From assembly GCA_039589155.1 (NCBI GenBank), contig JBDHHX010000003.1, forward strand, positions 1-32,603: a DNA stretch of 32,603 bases. Direction: 5' to 3'. The position numbers were made by a program, and so were the translations under genes. Numbering within the stretch: the first letter of the stretch is position 1; every line of letters begins with the position of its first letter. The notes under the pieces were generated by a model, which did no database searches, was not told the DNA's origin, and saw only the letters and a program-made list of their open reading frames with translations. Positions 25,627 to 32,603 of the stretch are shown here, in pieces. This DNA is from Gemmatimonadota bacterium. Its GTDB lineage: Bacteria > Gemmatimonadota > Gemmatimonadetes > Palauibacterales > KS3-K002.

Positions 25627-26808
25627 TCAGTTCGATCCGTCGGCCGACACCACGAGTCGGGCCAACTCCAGCAGAACCGCTGCTGGGGACATCTGAAGAT
25701 TGGGGATGTCGCTGGAGTTGTACTGCACGGCGACGGCGATCCCGTGGTCGGGGAAGTACGCCATCTCGGCCAGGTAGCCCGGGAAGAACCCGCTGTGGCC
25801 CCAGCTGACTCCAAGCGGCGTCTGGCGGATGATCACGCCGAGGCCGTACTCGACGTTCGTTCCGAGCCGCGCCGGCACACTCTCCAGCAAGATCGGGAGC
25901 AGCGAAGGATCGAAGGCCCGCCCCTCGTAGAGGTCCTTCGCCCAACGAGCCAGATCTTCAGACGTAGAGGCGATGCCACCTCCCGTCCACTCGAACTGAG
26001 GGTTAACAGCGAACGCGCCGGCCTCGATCACGGCATCGGGTAACCCGAACGGATTTTGGCGGCCGGCGTAACCCTGTACGAGGCCCGGGACGCGGCGCGA
26101 ATCACTGGGCACCGTATTGCGTAGATCGAGCGGCTCCAGAATCCGACGCCGCAGCTCCTCGTAGAACTCGTCACCGGTGAGACGCTCGATGATCATCCCG
26201 AGTACTATGTAGTTGGTGTCTGAGTAGTCCCAACCGGCGCCGGCCGCGAACGGCGCCTCTGCATCGAACAGGTAGGAGAGCTGCTCCACGGGCTCCCACA
26301 CTTTGTCCGGCTCTGCGAGCAAATCGGCGATGAACCGCTCATCGAACTCGTAGCGAATGAGTCCGCTCGTATGGTTCATGAGCTGCCGCACCGTGATGTC
26401 GGCGTGGTTCGGCAGGCGCTCGTACCAATGCTCGTCGCCCAGGTACGCCGACACCCTGGCTTCCAGGTCGAGCCGCCCCTCCCCGACCAGCTGCATCGCC
26501 ACGGCGGAGACATACGTCTTGCCGACGCTTCCCTGCATCAGCCGGCTCGCGGCCGTCATCGGTACAGCTGCCACGGTGTCCGCCATCCCCGTGGCCAGCC
26601 CGAACGAGGTGCCATCGGCGAGTGCTATTCCGGCGGTGACACCCGGGGCGCCGCTCGCCGCCTGCAGCTCCACCAGCTTAGCACGCAGGACCTCTTGTAG
26701 CTCGGTTGCCTGCGCGGGATCGGCGACCTGTGCCCGGAGCCCCGTGCTCGAGTCCGCGACGAGCAGGGCCAGAAGCAGCACACTCCCGGCAAAGCGTCTG
26801 CGCATCAT
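25627..26808 (-). CDS. Secreted serine hydrolase (beta-lactamase-related/peptidase S12)
   Basis: Signal peptide MMRRRFAGSVLLLALL; SxxK motif GSVGK; LMNHTSG, YSDTNY and WGHSG. An alternative start at 26838 overlaps the radical SAM stop. Confidence 0.9.
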   Translation of the reverse strand: MMRRRFAGSVLLLALLVADSSTGLRAQVADPAQATELQEVLRAKLVELQAASGAPGVTAGIALADGTSFGLATGMADTVAAVPMTAASRLMQGSVGKTYVSAVAMQLVGEGRLDLEARVSAYLGDEHWYERLPNHADITVRQLMNHTSGLIRYEFDERFIADLLAEPDKVWEPVEQLSYLFDAEAPFAAGAGWDYSDTNYIVLGMIIERLTGDEFYEELRRRILEPLDLRNTVPSDSRRVPGLVQGYAGRQNPFGLPDAVIEAGAFAVNPQFEWTGGGIASTSEDLARWAKDLYEGRAFDPSLLPILLESVPARLGTNVEYGLGVIIRQTPLGVSWGHSGFFPGYLAEMAYFPDHGIAVAVQYNSSDIPNLQMSPAAVLLELARLVVSADGSN

Positions 26809-26830
26809 GCCTACACCACCATCGTCGCTG

Positions 26831-28429
26831 CTAATCATTCGCCGGCCGCAAAGCGACTACGTTGACGACTGGCGCCGCGGGCTGGACCGGCTCCCCGGCG
26901 GCGTTGACCTTGTTCAGATACGCGTTCGGGTCGTGGTTCAGTGCTCCCGCCGGGAGGTATTCCCACAGCGGGCCCAAGTCCCGCTTGATGCGGTCCGTAA
27001 AGAAGGAAGGCACCTCGGTCGTCTCGCCGTCGAAGAACCGGCGCACGGATCGGTCGGTGTCAAGCAGCCGGCGCACGGTTGAATAGTACTTGATACGCCC
27101 AAAACCCTCCGAAGAGATGGCCCGTACGACGTTCAACCAGGTCGAAAACCCCGGCTGCGTGGCACGCGCTCGGCGAGCGATTGCTTTCCAAGAAAACGAG
27201 TACCTGGTCAGGTCGATGACGCGATCGTAGAATGTCGTCCAATCGTAGTTCTTCGGGCGCACGTTCAGCGCATGGTTGTTGTTGAGGAAGTGGAAGGGGA
27301 ACGGAAGAACGCGACCCGCCCTCTGCAATTCGAGATTCAGCGGTGCCGCCTCTCCAAATGCCGTGAGCAAAGAGTATCCCGGGAACGCCCCAGGCGTCAT
27401 GTCGATGAATCGTTTCGTAAGCTCGAACGGCTGATCTCCCTCGTCCGCGTCGAGGCCGAGCACGAAGTTGGTCTGCACGTACGGTACATAGCGAAGCACC
27501 ATGTTCACGTGCTCGGATACCTTCCTGACCTTCTCGATCCCCTCCGTGCGACCCGTCTTCGACTTCGCGCCGAGCGAGTACCACGACTCGATCCCCGGGA
27601 GTAACGCTTTGAAGCCCGCGTCGCGCATCCGCTCGAGGTTGGGCTCGGAGAGGAGTGAGAGACTGCTCTCGGCGATGAAGGAAGGAGAGTTCTGCACGGT
27701 CCCATCCGCGATGGCGTCCATACATTCGTTGAACCGAACGCCGAAATTGGGATCGTGCCATCCAACGGCCGCGCCAGGAATCGCCCTGCCGAGGAAGATC
27801 AGGTCGTCGCGGATCTGATCACGGCAGAGCGGCTGATACTCGATCGACGAGTCGATGCAAAAGCTGCAGGTGTAAGGGCAACCCAGGCTTGCAACCATAG
27901 GAACCGCTTTTATGCTCGTGACCGTCTTCGCCAGCGTGGGCTCGATGTACTTCCAACGCTGCCTGGCGCCAGGCAGGCTCTCCGGCTGTCGCGGGGCGCT
28001 CAGATACAGCCCCAGCGGCCGGTGCTGACTGCAGTCGTTCAGAACGTCCTCCACAACGGATCGGTCCGTGAAGCCGAGCACGTAATCGAAATACTTGCGG
28101 GCGTCATCCGGGTAACAGCGCGCATGCGGTCCGCCTAGAACGGTCACCACGCCACGCTGGCGGAAGAGGTTGCTGACCGAATACGCCAGCTGCGCCGCCT
28201 GTGTGAACGCGCCGATGAAGAGCAGGTCCGTGTCTAGCGGTAGTTCCTCCGCCAGGTCCTCAAGGCCCGTGTAGCAGACAAACCTGACATCGTGGCCAGC
28301 CTCCTCGCACCAGACCGCTACCGCCTGAGGCATGATGCTCGCCAGGTTCCCATGCATCGCCCGCGCCCAGAGCGAGCGCGTAGGAGCTTTGGCGACTAAA
28401 TCCAGTATCCCGATTCGTAGTCGTCGCAC
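26831..28429 (-). CDS. B12-binding domain radical SAM protein
   Basis: N-terminal cobalamin-binding-like region (VTVLGGPHA), CPYTCSFC (CxxxCxxC), DPNFG, PGIES and NFVLGLDAD. Confidence 0.88.
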   Translation of the reverse strand: MRRLRIGILDLVAKAPTRSLWARAMHGNLASIMPQAVAVWCEEAGHDVRFVCYTGLEDLAEELPLDTDLLFIGAFTQAAQLAYSVSNLFRQRGVVTVLGGPHARCYPDDARKYFDYVLGFTDRSVVEDVLNDCSQHRPLGLYLSAPRQPESLPGARQRWKYIEPTLAKTVTSIKAVPMVASLGCPYTCSFCIDSSIEYQPLCRDQIRDDLIFLGRAIPGAAVGWHDPNFGVRFNECMDAIADGTVQNSPSFIAESSLSLLSEPNLERMRDAGFKALLPGIESWYSLGAKSKTGRTEGIEKVRKVSEHVNMVLRYVPYVQTNFVLGLDADEGDQPFELTKRFIDMTPGAFPGYSLLTAFGEAAPLNLELQRAGRVLPFPFHFLNNNHALNVRPKNYDWTTFYDRVIDLTRYSFSWKAIARRARATQPGFSTWLNVVRAISSEGFGRIKYYSTVRRLLDTDRSVRRFFDGETTEVPSFFTDRIKRDLGPLWEYLPAGALNHDPNAYLNKVNAAGEPVQPAAPVVNVVALRPAND

Positions 28430-28447
28430 GAGGGGCTCTTCCCCTTT

Positions 28448-29218
28448 CTATTCAATCGCCAGAAGAACAATCGGGTAAGAGGAGTGAAGCTTGATCGCGA
28501 TGTTGACCAGGCTCTCGAGCGCGATGAACGGCGCGTTCCAAGCCCGAATCCGGTGCTCGATCGAGGTGGTGCTTGCCCTATAAGTTTCCGTGGCATCCAG
28601 CTGTGGCTCTTCCATCTCGGTGAAGTCGTCATAGTAGCCGCCGAGATAGACGACGCTGTCCCAGTCGAGCAACCGTTCCTCGATCGCCTCGATCCAGTCG
28701 TCTTCGACCTCGGCGACGAAGTCCAGGCGAACCACGAACTGGCTCTGCTCTACCAGGCGCTCATCGATCTGCAGGGGAAACGGGATGTCCTTCGCCGCTC
28801 TGGGGTAGCCGCAGTCGAGAACCTCGATCATGCCCGCAGACTCGGGGTCAGTCTCCGACCTCCCGTGTAATCGCACTTCGCCCAGCGGATCGAGCTTGTA
28901 GTGTGTCTGCGCCAGCATCTTCAACAGGATCCGCCAGGCGCCTGGATCGATGTTGCGTGCCCGGCCGCTCACGTGGAGTTCTGCCGCATCCGTCCGCCGC
29001 TCCGTCGCCTCGAACGACGACTCCTGTGGCGACGCCCCAGCCCGGCAAAAAGCGCCTCCACCTACTGCGCCGAAGTAATAGGACAAAATCTCCTCAGTGT
29101 CCTCGAGATCGGCGCCCTCCGCTGCTCCGCTGATCCGCAACTCGACATCGAACTCGGGCGCCTGCAGCGGCAGGCGCACGTCGCCGGTAAACGGCGCTGA
29201 TGCCCTCGGCTCAATCAT
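28448..29218 (-). CDS. Acidic hypothetical protein with two similar halves; possible second immunity or accessory protein
   Basis: 256 aa, Asp/Glu-rich; its start overlaps the stop of the immunity gene (ATGATTGA). No family recognised. Confidence 0.7.
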   Translation of the reverse strand: MIEPRASAPFTGDVRLPLQAPEFDVELRISGAAEGADLEDTEEILSYYFGAVGGGAFCRAGASPQESSFEATERRTDAAELHVSGRARNIDPGAWRILLKMLAQTHYKLDPLGEVRLHGRSETDPESAGMIEVLDCGYPRAAKDIPFPLQIDERLVEQSQFVVRLDFVAEVEDDWIEAIEERLLDWDSVVYLGGYYDDFTEMEEPQLDATETYRASTTSIEHRIRAWNAPFIALESLVNIAIKLHSSYPIVLLAIE

Positions 29219-30119
29219 CGAATTCCGCCAGCCACTCGTTCGTCTGCTCAGCGCTGGCCACGAAGGAGTCCGGTGGGTAGAGAACGGCGGGATGCTCCGT
29301 CGCCCGGGCGGCCGCGACGGCTCTACCTACTTCACGATACAGCGGCAGTGTCTCTCTTCGGTTGACATCTCCGAATTCCGGCCGGGGACCGGCCTGCAGC
29401 AGAAGACCCTTCTTCAACTCGCGTATCGTTATCGCCTCGCTCAGCTGGCCCGGGATATTCTCGGTGCCACCAAGTTGCTTCACCAGTCCATCGCCGAGCA
29501 GCGTCAGCCAGCCGACGCGCTTGAACCCCATGTGGATCACGAAGCACGTGTTCTCTACGCAGGGCACGTCCAGGCCGGGGTGCCGGCGCGCCAACGCGTA
29601 GATCTTCTCTCGCGCCATGACGCGATACTTCTCCCGCGGATTGTAATCGACGGAGTAACCGGCGTGCCCGCTTGCGAAAGGTATCGATTCGGCCATCTCA
29701 GCCACCCGCTCGACCATCGCTTCCGGCGCTCGCTCCACCTCCTCCACCGGCAGTCGCAGACTCAGGGCTCCGGCGTTTTTGTACTCGGTGGCGTGGAACA
29801 ACAGACCCCGGTCCGAGGCGGCACTAACGTCTTCGCGGTTGTCGACCAATAAGATGTACATCTCGCGCTGTCCGGGCCGATCCTTCAGCCATGTCGGGAC
29901 CAGGTCCTGCGTATCCGCCTTGACCTTCTTGGGGCGCTTCATCGAGTCAGTCTGGTAAAGGCGCGCCTCCGGGCCGACGAGATCCCACGCCTGTTGATAC
30001 AGACTAAGAAAGCCGTCGCGATCGTCGAAGATGCTTCCCGTCCAGTACAGCGTGATCGTGAAGCAGGCCTTGAGGTATTCAACACCTTCGTCCTCGAACC
30101 GCATCTCATCGAGCTTCAT
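29211..30119 (-). CDS. DUF3396 (TsiV-type) toxin immunity protein
   Basis: FASGHAGYS, LARRHPGLDV, VGWLTLLG, LLLQAGPRPEFGD and LPLYREVGRAV; directly downstream of the toxin. Start moved to ATG 30119. Confidence 0.85.
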   Translation of the reverse strand: MKLDEMRFEDEGVEYLKACFTITLYWTGSIFDDRDGFLSLYQQAWDLVGPEARLYQTDSMKRPKKVKADTQDLVPTWLKDRPGQREMYILLVDNREDVSAASDRGLLFHATEYKNAGALSLRLPVEEVERAPEAMVERVAEMAESIPFASGHAGYSVDYNPREKYRVMAREKIYALARRHPGLDVPCVENTCFVIHMGFKRVGWLTLLGDGLVKQLGGTENIPGQLSEAITIRELKKGLLLQAGPRPEFGDVNRRETLPLYREVGRAVAAARATEHPAVLYPPDSFVASAEQTNEWLAEFDD

Positions 30120-30138
30120 CTGTATCTTCTCGTCCGCG

Positions 30139-31059
30139 TTATTTGCACTTGCACGAGACTTCGTCGATCGTGGGCACGTCGTCGCCACCGTTCAGCGCAC
30201 GGAAGGACTCTTCTTGACCCGGGCTGAAGGAATCGCCCGGGAACTTGATGTCGCCGGCGAGATCTTTGCCATCGACCGTGAGCACGAAATCCGGCCGAAC
30301 TCTGATCAAGTCAAACCCCATCTTCACCAAGGTTGCAGCATCGTATATGTCCCACGCTAGCATGGCCCAGCCGACATACGGGATGGCTTTCGTGAACAGC
30401 TTTGCGCCGAACCGTGTGCCAAACCTCGTGATCGCCTTTCTCTTCCAGCGTGCGGCTGCTCCTTTCACCGCGGCGACCACGGCGCTTCTCTCGAACTTCA
30501 AGCCCAGCCTCGCCAGATTGTCGGCCTTATCTCCGAGCTCCGCATAGAGCTTCCGCGTCCATGTCTGCCCCGGCTTCAGCTTCTCCCCGGCCTTAATGCG
30601 CTTGACCATGTCGCAGAACTTCGGACAGATGATGTCCATGACCTTCTTCAGGGCCACATCCATCTGCTGCTCGCCTGCCATGCACACCGTGTTGCCGTGG
30701 TTGAGCAACATCTTGTCCGTTTTCCGGCACGCGGCCTTGTTCTCGATCTTCACATCGGGCGAAGAGCTCAGCCAGGTCGCTTCCTTGGTGTAGGTGCCCG
30801 ACTTGACGCCGCCACCCGTGCCCGGCTCGTCGCCGACGCAGCTGGCGAACTCGGAGCCCTTGTTGGCGATCATGTTGCCACCGTCCGCCGTCACCGTCGT
30901 TGTACCTTTCGCGAGCGTCGACGAGTACGACGTGATCGTATATGGGAGGGGCTTCATGTCCGGCGGGGTCTTGCAGACGTCAGGAGCCGTCGACTTAGCA
31001 AAGCCGTTGCTGCCCTTGTGGACCAGGGAAAGACCGTTGACGTTGATCGTGACCGCCAT
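30139..31059 (-). CDS. PAAR-like (DUF4150) domain fused to a PD-(D/E)xK nuclease toxin (TseV/VRR-Nuc-like)
   Basis: N-terminus has VHKGSNG, PDVCKTP, PLPY, GDEPGTGGGVKSG and SPDVKIE; C-terminus has RPDFV, DIKFPGD, GQ and a terminal CKCK. Confidence 0.85.
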   Translation of the reverse strand: MAVTINVNGLSLVHKGSNGFAKSTAPDVCKTPPDMKPLPYTITSYSSTLAKGTTTVTADGGNMIANKGSEFASCVGDEPGTGGGVKSGTYTKEATWLSSSPDVKIENKAACRKTDKMLLNHGNTVCMAGEQQMDVALKKVMDIICPKFCDMVKRIKAGEKLKPGQTWTRKLYAELGDKADNLARLGLKFERSAVVAAVKGAAARWKRKAITRFGTRFGAKLFTKAIPYVGWAMLAWDIYDAATLVKMGFDLIRVRPDFVLTVDGKDLAGDIKFPGDSFSPGQEESFRALNGGDDVPTIDEVSCKCK

Positions 31060-31068
31060 AAGGCTTAC

Positions 31069-31097
31069 AGAATAGCCGGCGATGTCAGGTCCATCAA
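31069..31097 (-). promoter_or_regulatory. Candidate sigma-70 promoter giving a near-leaderless toxin transcript
   Basis: Minus strand reads TTGATG-17 nt-TATTCT, only 9 nt before the ATG at 31059, with no Shine-Dalgarno. Confidence 0.55.
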
Positions 31098-31237
31098 GTT
31101 TGCCGTGCCGAACCTGGAGGCGGCGCCCACCGTCAGGCGTGATTCTTGCCCCCGGTCATCTCGACGCTGGCGCTTTCAAGACTCTGAAACGTCTCACGAG
31201 CCTCACACGTCCTATAATATGACTGCAGATTGCTAGA

Positions 31238-32575
31238 ATGAGGGACTACTTGGCGAGAACGCATCTCTGGCTCATCGGTCTGACCTTGCTGCTCGGACTC
31301 AGCGGCTGCAGCGAAGAAGCCGTGCGCGAGTTCTTTGGCGGCTACACACAGCGTGATCGTTACGAGCAGAAGCTGCGACAGTCGGGTATCGATCAAACCG
31401 CTCTGGGTCGCGACTGGATCGAGGCGGCGGAGTCGTCGTTGGATCGTGCGATTTCGATCCTGCCACCTTACCTCGAGGAGAGCTACCTCGATTCGCGGGA
31501 GGTAGCGGTCACGGCGTACCAGGTCTCGCTGCGGCGCGGCCAGCGCCTCGAGGTGACATTCGAGAGCGAGCCGGACAGTAGCTACCAGGTCTTCATCGAG
31601 CTCTTCCGCGCCGCGGACCGTCCCGACCGAACACCAAGACATATAACCAGCGCCGACAGCCTCGAGCGCCGGGTTGACTACCTGGCGCGGCGCGACGGCG
31701 TGTACCTGATCCGCATCCAGCCGGAGCTGCTGCGCGGCGGCCGCTACACGATCAGCATAGTGGTCACGCCTTCGCTGCAGTTTCCCGTCTCCGGCGGCAC
31801 GGCGAACGACATTGGCAGTTGGTATGGCGACCCCCGCGATGGTGGGAGTCGACGGCACGAGGGCCTCGACATCTTTGCGCGCCGCGGGACGCCGGTGCTC
31901 GCCGCAGCGGACGGCGTGATTCGCAGCACGCGGAGCAACGGCCTGGGCGGCAACGTGATCTGGCTTCGAGATCGCTACAGCCGCACGCACTACTACGCTC
32001 ACCTCGACTCGCAGGCGGTTCGCCGCGGCGACCGGGTGACGGCGGGCGACACGATCGGGTTCGTCGGCAACTCGGGCAACGCCCGGACGACGCCGCCCCA
32101 CCTCCACTTCGGCATCTACTCCAGTGGCTCGTTCGATCCCTACCCGGCAATCGAGCAGCTAGCGACGGAGACCGAACGATTCAGCGGCGACTCGGGCTTG
32201 ATCGATCAACTCGTCCGTGTGACCCGGGCCGCGGCTCGCATCCGCGCACTACCATCGGATCAATCGGACATCCTGGCGGAGGTCGCTCTCCACACGCCGC
32301 TGCAGGTCGAGGCAGGGAGCGGCGACTGGTATCGAGTCCGGGCGCCCGACGGAACCGTCGGGTTCGTGGCTACCCGTCTCACCGAACCGGCGGAGGTCCC
32401 GATCCGCAGCACGCGCGTTGCCAACGTCGCCCCGATCCTGACCGACCCGGCGCCCACGGCCGTGGCCATCGACGTCGTCGCCGCCGGCGCCGACGTCCCG
32501 GTGCTGGGCACGTTCGGCGAGTTCCTCTTCGTCGAGGGACCCAGCGGCCGGCTGGGCTGGCTGGCGCTCGACTAG
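31238..32575 (+). CDS. M23 family metallopeptidase lipoprotein with C-terminal SH3-like domains
   Basis: Lipobox LSGC; PPC-like beta domain; HEGLD (HxxxD), YYAHL and PPHLHFGI (HxH); C-terminal WYRV...GFV and GWL segments. Confidence 0.92.
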   Translation: MRDYLARTHLWLIGLTLLLGLSGCSEEAVREFFGGYTQRDRYEQKLRQSGIDQTALGRDWIEAAESSLDRAISILPPYLEESYLDSREVAVTAYQVSLRRGQRLEVTFESEPDSSYQVFIELFRAADRPDRTPRHITSADSLERRVDYLARRDGVYLIRIQPELLRGGRYTISIVVTPSLQFPVSGGTANDIGSWYGDPRDGGSRRHEGLDIFARRGTPVLAAADGVIRSTRSNGLGGNVIWLRDRYSRTHYYAHLDSQAVRRGDRVTAGDTIGFVGNSGNARTTPPHLHFGIYSSGSFDPYPAIEQLATETERFSGDSGLIDQLVRVTRAAARIRALPSDQSDILAEVALHTPLQVEAGSGDWYRVRAPDGTVGFVATRLTEPAEVPIRSTRVANVAPILTDPAPTAVAIDVVAAGADVPVLGTFGEFLFVEGPSGRLGWLALD

Positions 32576-32603
32576 TTCGGACCGCTCCCGCCTCTGCCGG
32601 GTA

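Noticed and set aside
25627-26808. Serine hydrolase as an antibiotic-resistance beta-lactamase
   Set aside because: Its motifs (SVGK, YSDTNY, HSG) fit the broad S12 peptidase/esterase family rather than class A or C beta-lactamases (SDN or YxN with KTG).
31213-31218. TATAAT upstream of the M23 gene as a promoter
   Set aside because: It is a perfect -10 hexamer, but there is no credible -35 or extended -10, so it was not called.
31133-32107. 324-aa minus-strand ORF
   Set aside because: It is antisense to the well-supported M23 peptidase, which is typical of high-GC shadow ORFs.

Overview
GC-rich bacterial window whose gene content (PadR plus ADOP permease, VPS10-like hydrolase) suggests Gemmatimonadota or Acidobacteriota; this is an inference. 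From left to right: (1) a partial BNR/VPS10-like secreted hydrolase and a DAACS transporter with rewritten cation-binding motifs; (2) a divergent cyanophycin operon: cphB, cphA, an extra CphA paralogue with N-like and Mur domains but no ATP-grasp domain, and a SAM methyltransferase; (3) a three-gene two-component system (receiver, dCache/HAMP kinase, NtrC-family activator) facing a sigma-54 promoter with candidate UAS and IHF-like sites; (4) the operon behind that promoter, a respiratory cluster with 17 cytochrome CxxCH motifs: a tandem-duplicated tetraheme lipoprotein, a QrcABCD/alternative complex III-like core, two paralogous four-repeat 'WNH' cytochromes and a small membrane protein; (5) PadR plus ADOP permease; (6) a minus-strand run of a PAAR-like (DUF4150) nuclease toxin, a DUF3396/TsiV-type immunity gene, an internally duplicated acidic unknown, a B12 radical SAM enzyme and a serine hydrolase; (7) an M23 peptidase lipoprotein. 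No rRNA, tRNA, CRISPR array or transposase was seen. The best candidates for undescribed biology are the sigma-54 multiheme Qrc/ACIII variant and the extended cyanophycin locus. All calls are by eye, with no database search.
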